From Scyliorhinus canicula (Eukaryota): DNA of 64,000 bases. A program made the translations under genes and the position numbers. The notes under the pieces were generated by a model. The model was not told the origin of the DNA and ran no database searches. It saw nothing but the letters and a program-made list of their open reading frames with translations. The DNA is taken from assembly GCF_902713615.1 (NCBI RefSeq), contig NC_052149.1:59881443-59945442 (forward strand). The letters run 5' to 3'. Shown piece by piece: positions 22,718-35,855 of this stretch; position 1 is the first letter of the stretch; every line of letters begins with the position of its first letter.

Positions 22718-23533
22718 CCTTTTTTATATGTATCTCCCTTTCTTTCTTTTTTTTTGTTCTGCTAGGGCTATTCTTTCTTCTCTCTCTTTTTCCTCTATCT
22801 CTCTTTCTCTTTCTTTTTCCTCTCTCTTTCGTATTCATAGAACAGTATGGGGAGGCGAATGACTTTATCAAAGAACATAAGATGGGGGAAAGCTGAAAGG
22901 TGCTTCTTGGTGGAGGAGGTATGTCTGTGACAGTTGGGTTTTATTATTGTTAGCCGATTAGGGGAAAATATTAAAAAGTTGTTTGGGGAGGGGGGCGAAT
23001 GCTTTCCCCCCCATATCCCACTTTTTGGGGGTTTCTTTTTGTGTTTTTTGTAATTTGGGGGGATATTTTCTGGACATGTTTGTACAAAACGTGAATGCAG
23101 GTTGTTTGTTTGTGTGTGTGTGTGTCTGTGTGTGGGGGGGGGGGGTTAGAGGGGGTCTTCAAGTGGAATTGTCATGCTAGCAAGACTAGTGGGGGGGGGG
23201 GGCGAGGGAAGGCTGCGATGGTTAGCCAGTGTGGGGGAGGGGATAGAGGGAAGGCGACATGGCAGGTATGGAGGACAAGGTTGGTCATGGACGGGATGGG
23301 GGGCCACCTTGGCTGGGCCCGGTTCAGTGCGGAGCCCAAGAGTGATGATGGTGGACACTAGAGGAGGATGGAGGAGTAAGCCTCTGGTGAGAATCGTGAC
23401 ATGGAATGTCCGTGGACTAACTGGGCCGGTCAAGAGGTCCCGGGTGTTGCACACCTGAAGAGTTTGAGATTGGAAGTGATTTTCTTGCAGGAGATGCATC
23501 CCCGTGTGAAAGATCGGATGAAGCTAAGGAAGG

Positions 23534-24407
23534 TGTAGCCACCTGGGTTGGCCACTTCCCGACTTTAAAATGGAGATTCGCTAAGAACGCAGGGAAAAAT
23601 GGACAGGTACAGGGAAAAGCAAGCAGAATTCCAAGCTTCCTGTATATTAGACTCGCAGAAAAGCAGACAGCACTGAAACTGACGACCATCTGCATATTTA
23701 TGAGCGATCCCAGGGAACAATAGCAACAGTTGAGATAATCGAGGCAAAGCCAGACTCCTCGGCGCCAGCAGGAGCCAACACAAAAGAAGCCAACGGACAC
23801 ACTTAGGAACCGCCCAGCGATCAGGGAACAGCCCCAGTATTGGGGAAATCAAACCAATCGATTGGAACATGATCCAATCAATTGGAACCAGGTACGGGGT
23901 CTGCCCAAAAGGGCGCGAAGCCCCTGGGGACTATAAAGTAGAGTCCTCAAGTTCAATTCGGTCTTCTTGGCAGGGTCTCTCAGCAGCTCGAAACAACCCT
24001 TGACAGAGACCTGCCTAGCAGCTGCACCAACAAGTAAGTGTCCAGTCAACGCACGCTACGAGATAGGCGCTCCTAACCCTTAGTCCATACCAGCTGGAAG
24101 CCTGCAGTCTCAGGATTGAACAAGAAGCCATTGTTCCCTGACCCAGTGGGTTCCTTTTCCAAAGCTAAGTATTGGCCTTTAGTGGTAGAAATAGTCTAGT
24201 TCTATAGTATTTTATGCATGAGTAGCGATTGACGGTGTATGTAATAAATGTGTTTTGATTTGAACCTTACTAACTGGTGTATTGAGTTATTGATCAGCAC
24301 TTGAACTTGAACCTCGTGGTGGTATCATAAAGATACCTGGCGACTCTAGAGCAAGGTTATAAAACAGAGCAATTAAGTGTAAAGCACACTTAGCAAAACG
24401 AGCAACA
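23534..24407 (+). mobile_element. Solo LTR (874 bp)
   Basis: TGTAGC...GCAACA termini; 4-bp TSD AAGG (23530-23533, 24408-24411); CCAAT motifs at about 23854-23885, TATAAA at about 23933, AATAAA at 24243; interrupts an L1 endonuclease region. Confidence 0.85.
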
Positions 24408-24533
24408 AAGGGATAAGGGATAGGTGGGGAGAATGTTTCACTCAGGCTTTGATTCGATGTCAAGGGGGTGGCCATTTTGATGAGCAAGAAAATGGGGTTT
24501 GTGGGGGCCAGGGTGGTGGGGGACCTGGATGGG

Positions 24534-24565
<32 letters not shown>

Positions 24566-26835
24566 CTTGGTGATAGTGAGTGGGGGTGTTAGAGGGAATG
24601 CAGAAATAATTTCTCCCTGAACCACCGCTTTCAGGACATCCTACAACGTGGCTGCTGACACTTTCCCATTCTGGTTGAGCTCAACATAGTTCTTAACCGT
24701 CACTCTTACCTTCCCATTGAACTCTCTATCAGCCAAAAGCCCCAAATGTAACCTCCACCCTAGCCTCCGCACCTGTCCCAAACAAAACCTCACATCTAAC
24801 CAGTGTGGCGCATGGTCTGATGTTCCAATTGTTGCATATTTCGCCCTGACCATCCACATCAGCACTGCCCGGCTCACTGTAAAAAAAAAAATCAATCCTG
24901 GAATAGACCCGAGACACATACGAGAAAAAGGAATACTCTCTCTCCCGGGTTCCCTAACTTCCACGGAGCCACCATCCTCATCCTTTCCATGAACCCTCTC
25001 TCACCATTCGCGACTTCTCCATCAACTGGGTAAATGGATATGCTCCCAATTGGGATGATGTTGTTTTTGTAAAGAGGTTACAAGGAAGATTCCGAACCTG
25101 GACTCTCACCAGCTGATCATGGCGGGTGGGGTGGGGAAGTGGGGGGTTAAATTGTGTCATGGGGCCCAAGTCAATAGGTCAGGAGTCCACTGAGAGCAGA
25201 GTAACATGAGGTAACGGTGAGAAGTACTAGCATCAGGGCTGATGAGAATCATCTTTACTTTTCTAATATTTACCAAGAGAATGTTCCTTTGACAATTAGT
25301 GGCTACAGGATTTTCTTAATTTTTGATATTTGTTGCTGCACTTGTATATTTTGTGACTGAAACTCTATATACCTAAGTTGTACTAAGTGATGCTATTTTA
25401 TCTTGTTATTGAACATAGCAAAACAAGTTTAAAAAGCAATTTCCTCTTTTCACATATTTGTCACTTTGCTAATCTGCAAGACTTCTAGATTCTTTAGACA
25501 ACACGCTTCATAGTGTTTCCACTGCTACAGTGGAATATAAAATAGACCAAAAATGATGTAACTAAGACATGCCATTGCAGTCTGTAATGATTTTCAACCT
25601 ACTTATGTCTTCTTTTTTAAAAAAAATAATTCAAATAGATCCATCAATTCTAATTGATGACCAAATGTTAGCCAACAATTTGACAACTCTCAGATGTAAA
25701 ACCTCATGAGAGCCAAACAGAGGTGGTCAGGGTCAGAAAAAATCCATATCTAATTACAGCACCACCATTATATGAAAACAGTAACACCAGGGTACATACT
25801 TCATTGTAATAAAAACAGCTTAGTAAATCATAAATCTTGCTGAACATTAAAGACTTGCTTTTGTCTCATGAGGCAAAGATTCTGCATATACCTGAAGTGC
25901 CGAAGTTGCCAATCTTTCTGATCATATTAAATTTAAAATTTGTTTTTAAATTTAAATCTGAATATTAGATGAGTCTAGAAAATAATAAACACATTTAAAT
26001 AGGTGGACGGAGTATAGTGCACTGAATCATGATCTTAATTACAAAAACATAGATAACTGTAATTATTTGTGGAGCACACAAAAAACTAGATTATTCAGAC
26101 CAGACCCCAGTGAATGTCACTGTCAAGCAATCTGATTTTGTATTCAGTAAGCACCCAAAAACGAGAGATTTCCAAGACGAACACACCCAAACTGGTGCAG
26201 TGGATATTTTCTGCTTTTATGGCGAGCTATCAGCAAAAATATGTAAGGAGCACATAAGGATTTGGGCCTGTAGAGGGATTGCAGTCATTTTCCTTCTCCT
26301 GTCTGATCAATTTATAAAGGCATCCATTTCCATTTTCTCCTGTAGGCATTGACCTGAATGAAGAGGTGATTTCAGAAACAGCCTTGGCTTGAATAAATCC
26401 TTAACTCATCATCTTCCCATTTAGTTCCAATGAATTTTAGTCAGGATCAAACATTAAGTAAATTCATTGCAAACTAAAAAAAAAACACAAATTTCATCAA
26501 AATAATTTGACTCAAACAGGTTCTCAAGTAAGATGCTATTGTGTTTCTATGAATTACTTTTCATCTGATTTCTTCTATTGCTCAGCTGAACAAAGTTTTG
26601 AAAATGAATAAGTATTCTTTTGAGGGAAAATCAGGCTTTATTCAGCAAAATAAAACATGCCTTTATTATGCTTTCTGCCCCCGCCCCCCTATGTCAGTAA
26701 GGCCAAGAACAAGAGCAACAATCCTTTGTTATTCTGTGCTTCTCGCTATATGACTGACCCAAATAAAGTAAAAAATCTTTCACCATGTTGTACATATATT
26801 TAAATATATATATATTCCACATTACTAATACTTAC

Positions 26836-27032
26836 TTCCAAAAGTTCATCACCAATCTTTATTCTCCCATCTTTTCCTGCAGAACCATCAGGATTGATGC
26901 CAACAACAAAGATGCTCATCCGTGACCTGTCCTTGTTGCCAGCCAGACTGAGACCCAAACCATTCTTATCCTTTTCAAGCTCAATAATGTGTAGATCTCC
27001 TGGCAGGTCACCATATTTCAGTCTGATCTTTT
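26836..27032 (-). CDS. PATJ: PATJ/INADL coding exon, N-terminal part of a PDZ domain ((E)[65 protein letters not shown])
   Basis: 197 nt bounded by ttacag| and |gtaag; phase 1 in, phase 0 out. Contains the PDZ GLGL loop. [10 protein letters not shown] and SIFVVGINP match PATJ as recalled rather than its paralogue MPDZ (ELEKGHSGLG, SVFIVGIDP). Confidence 0.93.
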
Positions 27033-27395
27033 CTGTAACAAAAAAAACGTACAAGATGCAGACAATATTCAGTTGGAGCAAGAACATAAAAATATTTGAT
27101 TTCTCAAAACATTTTATGGCACATTTCATGATCACAGGATGCCCCAAAGTGCTTTGCAGCTAATGAAATGCTTTCGAAGTGTGGTCACTGTTCTAATCAG
27201 GAAATGACACAGCCAAATTTATGCACAGCAAGATCCCACAAACAGTACTGTGATATTGACTAGATAACCTGTTTTCATAGAATCATTACAACACAGGACG
27301 TTGTTCGGCCAGTCGTGCCTGTGCCGACTCTCTTTAGAAGCAATTTGGAAGCCGCTCCCCTGCCTTCTCCCTGTAGTCTGCACATTCTCCACATA

Positions 27396-27585
27396 GGGGC
27401 TGGTTTAGCTCACTGGGCTAAATCCCTGGCTTTTAAAGCAGACCAAGCAGTCCAGCAGCACGGTTCGATTCCCATACCAGCCTCCCCGGACAGGCGCCGG
27501 AATGTGGCGACTAGGGGCTTTTCACAGTAACTTAATTGAAGCCTACTTGTGACAATAAGCGATTTTCAGTTCATTTCATTTTCAT
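27396..27585 (+). mobile_element. Short tRNA-derived SINE
   Basis: Same family as 8334-8530. Confidence 0.85.
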
Positions 27586-27589
27586 TCTT

Positions 27590-28460
27590 CCAGTTCAGAA
27601 TTTTCTAATTCCTTTCCACAAGCCTCAATTAACCCTACCTCCATCGACTCTCCGGCAGATCCCAACCACTCACTACACGAAAACCTTTTTCCTCATTGCT
27701 TCTTTTGCAACTTCGCTTAAATCTATGCCCTCTTGTTCTTAATCCTTCCACCAATGGGAACATATTTTCCTTATCTATTCTGTCTCGAACACCCTCATAG
27801 TTTTGAATACTTCTATCAAATCTCCTCTCAACCTTCTCGCCAAGGGAAGTAGTTCCAACTTTTCCAGTCTTTTCCCTGGAACCATTCTCTCCAATGCCTT
27901 CACATCCTTCCCAAAGCTTGGTGCCAAGAATATGATGCCATACTCCATTTGAGGCGAAACTAGTGTTATTTACAAATATTCTGTGGCCCATTAACACAGC
28001 ATATGCTGTCATGTGCTTTATTAACAGTTCTGCCATCTTCAATGAGTTATGCACATTTATAGTCAGGTCCCTCAGCTCCTGAAACCCCTCGAGAATTGTA
28101 CCTTTCATTTTAGATCGTCACTCTGTGTCCTTCCTAACAAAACAAATTACTTAACACTTCACTGCCTTGAATTTCATCTGCAGCTTGTTTGCCCATTCTA
28201 CCAACCTATCATGTCCTTTTGAAGTTCAAGACTATATCCTCCTCACAATTAACCATGATTCTTTTGTTTCATTCTCCAACTTTGATATGGACAGACCAAG
28301 GTCCAGGTCAATAATAAAAAGAGCAGCAGTCCCAATATTGACACCTGGAGAACTCCACCATTAGTGTTCTTCCATCTGGAAAATCATCTATTAGCACTGC
28401 TTCTGTTTCCTGTTACTCAGACAATTTAATTTCCATTTTTCGACTGCCCCTTTTATTCCA
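27590..28460 (-). mobile_element. Degraded CR1 LINE 3' part
   Basis: ORF remnant DRIDKENMFPLVEGLRTRGHRFK. Confidence 0.7.
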
Positions 28461-28639
28461 TGAGCATCATCCAAAAGATGCTACCTTTAACTATGTAGTA
28501 CTGCATTGGAATGTCAGTTGTGGTTTTTGTTCTCTGGTCCTAATTGTAACTTTTACTCCTAATCTTCTAACAGAGGCAAGTATCCTACTAGCTGTACCAC
28601 AGTTGATAATCACAGCCATGTAATGCATCAACAAGCGCT

Positions 28640-29280
28640 ACTGTCTGGAGATGGGAGTTCTGCCTCTCACTCGGGAAGTACCACCAATCTGATTGGCTGG
28701 TAGCTCTCTCATCCCAGCAGCACCAGAAACTGCAATGATCAGTAATGGGTCGACAAACAAACCCCAGAGTTTAAGTCCTGGGAGTCTAGTACTATGCATA
28801 TGTAGGGACATCTCAGGGTGGAGAAGGGATGTGAGGCCAAAGGGGCGGGCAGAGGGGTGGGTGGGGGTGTTGGTTGAGATGCCGGCTGCGATCCAAAGGA
28901 GCACTTGGATGGGCAGACCTTGCTGGGAACAGGGGGCACGGCACAATTGAAAGGAGGCTGTTGATGGAGGCACTGCCCCTTCTCGCCAAAGGCCAGAGCA
29001 GCATCTCTTTCCTGTCTTCCTCCCTGCTCCTGAACCCCTCCTAACAGCCAGAAAATCAATACTGTGTGATAGACGACCCTTAAGTGGTCACTAATATGCC
29101 ACTTAAGGCCTCAATTGGGGGAGGACAGGCAGGCTGACTGACTGACCTAGGCCTCTTCCATCCCACTGTAAAACTGCTGAGAGATTGGGGCAGGCAGGAT
29201 GGCCATCCAAAGAATTTGACATTTCCATCCTCTGTCCCGGAAACATGGTGGTGGGGAAATGTAAAATTATGCACTTTGTA
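28640..29280. mobile_element. GC-rich non-autonomous DNA-transposon-like remnant
   Basis: Internal inverted repeat cttaagtgg...ccacttaag (about 29080-29108); no coding capacity; termini not resolved. Confidence 0.35.
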
Positions 29281-29402
29281 GTCGGTGAAAAGCCAACTGA
29301 TGCAATGGATGTATACATAATGTAATGTGTCCATGAAAGACATAGTTCTTACGGCACTATGGACCAGGACACCTGCACTTACACTATACACCTGGACCAG
29401 AG

Positions 29403-32400
29403 GCAATATCCTGGGGGGGGGGGGAAATTTGCTAATGCTCTTCGCGAGGGTTTAAACTAGTTCAGCACGGGATTGGGAACCTGAATTGTAGCTCCAGTAT
29501 ACAGGAGGTTGAGAGTAGTGAGGTCATGAGTAAGGTTTCAAAGTTGGCAGGAGTGTACCGGCAGGCAGGAAGGTGGTTTAAAGTGTGTCTACTTCAATGC
29601 CAGGAGCATCCGGAATAAGGTGGGTGAACTTGCGGCATGGGTTTGTACCTGGGACTTCGATGTTGTGGCCATTTCGGAGACATGGATAGAGCAGGGACAG
29701 GAATGGTTGCTGCAAGTGCCCGGGTTTAGATATTTCAGTAAGCTCAGGGAAGGTGGCAAAAGAGGGGGTGGGGTGGCATTGTTAGTCAAGGACAGTATTA
29801 CGGTGGCAGAAAGGCCGTTTGATGAGGACTCGTCTACTGAGGTAGTATGGGCTGAGGTTAGAAACAGGAAAGGAGAGGTCACCCTGTTTGGGATTTTCTA
29901 TAGGCCTCTGAAACGTTCCAGAGATGTGGAGGAAAGGATTGCAAAGATGATTCTGGATAGGAGCGAAAGTAAGAGGGTAGTTGTTATGGGGGACTTTAAC
30001 TTTCCAAATATTGACTGGAAAAGTTATAGTTCGAATATTTTAGATGGGTCCGTTTTTGTCCAATGTGTGCAGGAGAGTTTCCTGACACAGTATGTAGATA
30101 GGCCAACGAGAGGCGAGGCAATATTGGATTTGGTACTGGGTGATGAACCAGGACAGGTGTTAGATGTGGAGGTAGGTGAGCACTTTGGTGATAGTGATCA
30201 CAATTCGATTACGTTTACTTTAGTGATGGAAAGGGATAGGTATATACCGCAGGGCAAGTGTTATATCTGAGGGAAAGGCAATTATGATGTGATGAGGCAA
30301 GACTTAGGATGCATCGGATGGGGAGGAACACTTCAGGGCATGGACACAATGGAAATGTGGAGCTTGTTCAAGGAACAGCTACTGCGTGTCTTTGATATGT
30401 ATGTACCTGTCAGACAGGGAGGAAGTGGTCGAGCGAGGGAACCGTGGTTTACTAAAGTAGTTGAAACACTTGTCAATAGGAAGAAGGAGGCTTATGTAAA
30501 GATGAGACGTGAAGGCTCAGTTAGGGCGGTCGAGAGTTACAAGTTAGCTAGGAAGGCTTTAAAGAGAGAGCTAAGAAGAGCCAGGAGGGGACATGAGAAG
30601 TCTTTGGCAGGTAGGATCAAGGATAACCCAAAAACTTTCTATAGATATGTCAGGAATAAAAGAATGACTAGGGTAAGAGTAGGGCCAGTCAAGGACTGTA
30701 GTGGGAAGTTGTGCATGGAGTCCGAAGAGATAGGAGAGGTGCTAAATGAGTATTTTTCATCAGTATTCACACAGGAAAAAGATAATGTTGTCGAGGAGAA
30801 TACTGAGATACAGGCTACTAGACTAGAAGGGCTTGAGGTTCATAAGGAGGAGGAGTTAGCAATTCTGGAAAGACTGAAAATAGTTAAGTCCCCTGGGCCA
30901 GATGGGATTTATCCTAGGATTCTCTGGGAAGCTAGGGAGGAGATTGCTGAGCCTTTGGCTTTGATCTTTAAGTCATCTTTGTCTACAGAAATAGTGCCAG
31001 AAGACTGGAGGATAGCAAATGTTGTCCCCTTGTTCGAGAAGGGGAATAAAGACAACCCCGGTAACTATAGACCAGTGAGCCTTACTTCTGTTGTGGGCAA
31101 AGTCTTGGAAAGGTTTATAAGAGATAGGATGTATAATCATCTAGAAAGGAATAATTTGATTAGAGATAGTCAACACGGTTTTGTGGAGGGTAGGTCGTGC
31201 CTCACAAACCATAGAGTTCTTTGAGAAGGTGACCAAACAGGTGGATGAGGGTAAAGCAGTTGATGTGGTGTTTATGGATTTCAGTAAAGCGTTTGATAAG
31301 GTTCCCCACGGTAGGCTATTGCAGAAAATACGGAGGCATGGGATTCAGGGTGATTTAGCAATTTGGATCAGAAACTGGCTAGCTGGAAGCAGACAAAGGG
31401 TGGTGGTTGATGGGAAATGTTCAGTCTGGAGTCCAGTTACTAGTGGCGTACCACAAGGATCTGTTTTGGGGCCACTGCTGTTTGTCATTTTTATAAATGA
31501 CCTGGAGGAGGGCGTAGAAGGATGGATGTGTAAATTTGCAGATGACAAAAGTCGGTGGAGTTGTGGACAGCGCGGAAGAATGTTACAAGTTACAGAGGGA
31601 CATAGATACACTGCAGAGCTGGGCTGAGAGGTGGCAACTGGAGTTTAATGCAGAAAAGTGTGAGGTGATTCATTTTGGAAGGAGCAACAGGAAGACAGAA
31701 TACTGGGCTAATGGGAAGATTCTTGGTAGTGTGGATGAGCAGAGAGGTCTCGGTGTCCATGTACATAGATACCTGAAAGTTGCCACCCAGGTTGAGAGGG
31801 TTGTTAAGAAGGAGTACGGTGTGTTAGCTTTTATTGGTAGAGGGATTGAGTTTCGGAGCCATGAGGTCATGTTGCAGCTGTACAAAACTCTGGTGCGGCC
31901 GCATTTGGAGTATTGCGTGCAATTCTGGTCGCCGCATTATAGGAAGGATGTGGAAGCATTGGAAAGAGGAGATTTACCAGAATGTTGCCTGGTATGGAGG
32001 GAAGATCTTATGAGGGAAGGCTGAGGGAGTTGAGGCTGTTTTGTTAGAGAGAAGAAGGTTAAGAGGTGATTTAATTAAGGCATACAAGATGATCAGAGGA
32101 TTAGATAGGGTGGACAGTGAGAGCCTTTTTCCTCGGATGGTGATGTCTAGCACGAGGGGACATAGCTTTAAATTGAAAGGAGATAGATATAGGATAGATG
32201 TCAGAGGTAGGTTCTTTACTCAGAGAGTAGTAAGGGCGTGGAATGCCCTGCCTGCAACAGTAGTGGACTTGCCAACACTAAGGGCATTCAAATGGTCATT
32301 GGATAGACATATGGATGATAAGGGAATCGTGTAGATGGGCTTTCGAGTGGTTTCACAGGTCGGAGCAACATCGAGGGCCGAAGGGCCTGTACTGCGCTGT

Positions 32401-32420
32401 AATGTTCTATGTTCTATGTT
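29403..32420 (+). mobile_element. 5'-truncated CR1 LINE (HER1-like) with complete but disabled ORF2 (APE + RT)
   Basis: [71 protein letters not shown]. Premature TGA at 30268-30270 and frameshifts near 31210, 31545, 31965 and 32040. Ends in (gttctat)n. Confidence 0.95.
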
Positions 32421-33449
32421 ACTGCATCCTTCCATACTTCAGTGCCTTCACATGGAAAAATGGATTTGATGAGAGAAATATTTTTGTTTAAATTTATTCT
32501 TTGAATGTGATGTTGTTGCTCAGCCTTAATTGCCCTTTAACTGAGTGCCTAATTCAGTCATTTAAGAGGGCATTTAAGAGTCACATTTAAGGATGATGGA
32601 AGTAAGTGAACAAGGTGGGTTTTTAATGATCGATAATGGATTCATGATCATAATTAGACTTTTAATTCCAGATTTTTATTGAATTCAAATTTCATCATTT
32701 GCCATTGTGGGATTTGAACCCAGGACCCCAGAGCATTACCCCAGGTAATTAATCTCGATTATTAATTCATTGAGAATTCCAATACGCCACTGTATCCCCT
32801 TTGGAATTACGTATTCTGTGCAGGGAAGGAAACTGTGTGTGCATATCCAGGTTAATTAAACAGGAGAATGGTTATGAGACGCAGGTTGTCTGTGAGATCT
32901 AAGAGGTGAAAGGTGTTAGGTTGATATATTTATCATGAGAAGTTACGATGAGTCGAGTTACAAGTAAATACATTGGATCTGAAATTTAGAGTGTCAGATT
33001 AGTGGAAAACTTTGGTTTTTCAGCTGTTGAATTTCAAAGAAGAGTTCAGAGGTGCCAAGGAAAATTTGCATCTTGTGAAGGTTCCATGAGTAAACAAGAA
33101 AAGTTATTTTATTGACTGAAAGTAGAGGCAAAATAGAAAACATGAAATGTTTTAATATTTGGAGGAGTTAAGTTCAAAGAGATATTTGAGGACAATGAAA
33201 CCTGAGGTGAAATGGGAAAAAATATTCAAGGAACCATGTTTAACTCAGTTGGTGCAGCTGTGGGGAAAGTCTTGAAGACCAGCTCCTTTGTGCTTATTCT
33301 GGGCAGGTATTTTGAGTGTGAGCTGCTATGAAAGCTTTGAATTTAAAGTAGCCACCAAGTGTTAAGCCAGAAGAGGTTTTGTTTAGGAAACAGTTTCTGA
33401 ACCTACTTTTGGAATTCCACATCAGAGTGGAAGTGTTGAGAACATTTTT

Positions 33450-34370
33450 TGTTTTTAAAATATTTTCATTCTCCTCCTTTTTCACATTTTCTTCCAAATT
33501 TGCACCCACCAACAATAAATAATAAGTAGTAACAAATATAATGTCAATCCCCATATCAACATCAACAATCCCATCCTCCCACCAACCGTCAAACAACTGC
33601 CCGCATGTAAACATAAACAAATAACAAAAGGGAATCAGGAATCACCCATAGTCACCATTAACACACACAGTCCCCCTCACCCCAACCCTCCCAACCACAC
33701 CCCTGCCCCCCCAACTAATGTTCAATGTTATCTAATTCTTCAAAGTGCATAATGAATAACACCCATGAATTGTATAACCCCTCCAAATCCTTCCCCTCAG
33801 TTCAAACTTAACCTTCTCAAGAGTCAAGAATTCCAACCCCCCCCCCCCCCCCCCCCCCCCCCCACCACACCAGGGCACAAAGGTTGCTCTCCATCCCAAC
33901 AGGATCCGCCTTCGGGCGATCAATGAGGCGAAGGCTACAACATCTGCCTCCGCACCCGTTTCCAACCCTGGCCAGTCCGACACCCCAAATATGGTCTCCC
34001 GAGGGCCCGGGTCCAGTGTCACGTGCACCACTTTAGAGATTACCCTAAAAACCTCCTTCCAGTAATCCTCCAGCTTTGGACAGGACCAAAACATATTAAC
34101 GTGATTTGCAGGGCCCCTGGGAGCCAGCTGATCCTCACCCTTGTGAAGTGTGCTCTACATACCACCTTCAGCTGTATCAGCCCCAACTTCACGTATGAGG
34201 TGGAGGCGTTCACTCTCTGGAGCACGTCTCACCAGAATCCCTCCTCCATACGCTCTCCCAACTCTTCCTCCCACTTTGCTTTGATCCCTTCCAGTGGTGC
34301 CTTCTCCTCGTCCAAAATAGCCCCGAAAACCACCGACACTACCCGCTTCTCCAGTACCTCTGTCGTCAGC
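33450..34370 (-). mobile_element. L1-clade LINE 3' end
   Basis: MFWSCPKLEDYW...FASLIARRRILLGW; same subfamily as 58005-58737. Confidence 0.88.
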
Positions 34371-35645
34371 AGGAAGTGTTGGGAAATTGTGAGGTGTACC
34401 TTTATTAAAGTGATAGTAATTCTTTAACTTGGGTAATATTACTGGATTTTTATGGCTAAAATCGATAAGGGAGTTGTTGCCCAGAAGGTAGTTTACTTGT
34501 GCACTTTTGAGCAAGCATGTTTTGGGGTGGGAGCTTGTTCTGCAAGTCTGATTTAACTGTGCAACTTTAATTTTGTGTGCTCAAGATTTAAAAAAAATTA
34601 AACGTTTAATTTTTTTAATTCTAAAAGGTGTTAATGGTTCCGAGGTCATATACTTCCGAGGTCAGTATCTTTTCCTCCTCGCTTTCACAATAAAACAAGG
34701 TTTATGATCAGTGAGTCAGACCTCACTCTGGGGTCTAGCTTGGTCAGCGATAACATCTGCTGTGGTCATAACAGTGTAAACAGACAAAAATTGACGCATC
34801 AACTTTTAAACCCTGTAGTAATGTACAGGTACAGGTACCAGAAAAGATTTTGCATTTCTTCCAGCAGGTCACAGAAACTTTTGCTGAGTTATCTAACCTA
34901 AAAGCAGGGCATAGAAATGATGACACTTTTTAGAAAGAAAATGCCAACATTAATTTGCAAATTTTTAATTGAGATTTTATATTCCTGGATACTTGTTGTA
35001 GCAAGTTCCACATTCACATGAAACACTTGGAGATTAGTCGTCAGAAGCTAGACAAAAAGGAGATGGCAATCGGATAAATGAAGAAACGCAAGATAATTCT
35101 AGAGGAGGTAAAGCAAGAGAAACAGAGACATCACCAGTAGGTGTTGTCCAAACGACATTGGGCAGAGACTGTGATCTGAAATCGTTGAATTCTGTGTTGA
35201 CGCCAGAAGACTGTAAAGTGCCTATTCAAAAGATGACCTATTGTTCCTCGATTTTCATTTGTCCCCATACTGTTAGGGGCATTTAACTTTAAAGAAAAAA
35301 TCATGCCAGAACTACATAATATTTCATGTTTTCAAACAAACAAAATTAATTGCGTGCTAAAAGAAATGAAACAGAGAAAGCACTATTACCATAATACTAT
35401 ATTTTATAAAGACATGGGCCATAAACTCAGCTCTACTTGTTCCTTCCCCACAGGAGTTTCCTAATCATACAATTCCTTGAATGGAGCAACCCAAAGGTAT
35501 GCCACAGTCCTCCAGAAATCACTTTGGTTTCTCTTCAGGATTCCAGCTTTTCTCGGAGATAAGAATCTATGGGGGTCCTTCCATTATTTTTTTGGTTATG
35601 CGACCCTCCACCTTTTCTCTGCAGACCTCATGACTGTGGATGCAA

Positions 35646-35855
35646 GGGCGGCACAATGTTTAGCACTGCTGCTTCACAGCACCGAAGACCCGGGGTAGGT
35701 CCTTGCCCGGGTCACTGTCCGTGTGGAGCTTGTACATCCTCCCCGGGTCTGCGCGGGTCTCACCCCCACAACCTAAAGATGTGCAGGCAGATGGATTGGC
35801 CATGCTAAATTGCCCCATAATTGGGGAAAAAAAAAGAATTGGACACTTTAAATTT
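35646..35855 (+). mobile_element. V-SINE, short-tail type
   Basis: gggcggcacaatgtttagcac head; tail aattggggaaaaaaaaagaattggacactttaaa. Confidence 0.8.

Larger units (their letters stand above)
21480..25180 (+). mobile_element. L1-clade LINE 5' half (ORF1 remnant, endonuclease), interrupted and rearranged
   Basis: ORF1-like LQIVGLPDGVEG; ORF2 start VRIVTWNVRGLTGPVKRSRVL; NGYAPNWDD at about 25030; contains a SINE, a solo LTR and an inverted block at 24600-25020. Confidence 0.8.

Noticed and set aside
24535-24565. Long G/C homopolymers (also near 7071, 33836, 49659, 53857)
   Set aside because: Slippage expansions or sequencing artefacts inside transposons; no evidence of function.
26800-27147. 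115-aa ORF as a standalone PDZ gene, or an MPDZ assignment
   Set aside because: Only 26836-27032 lies between splice sites and it joins downstream exons in frame; diagnostic residues fit PATJ better than MPDZ.
32870-34755. Possible long solo LTR ending ...gataaca, split by an L1
   Set aside because: No 5' TG terminus or TSD could be fixed.
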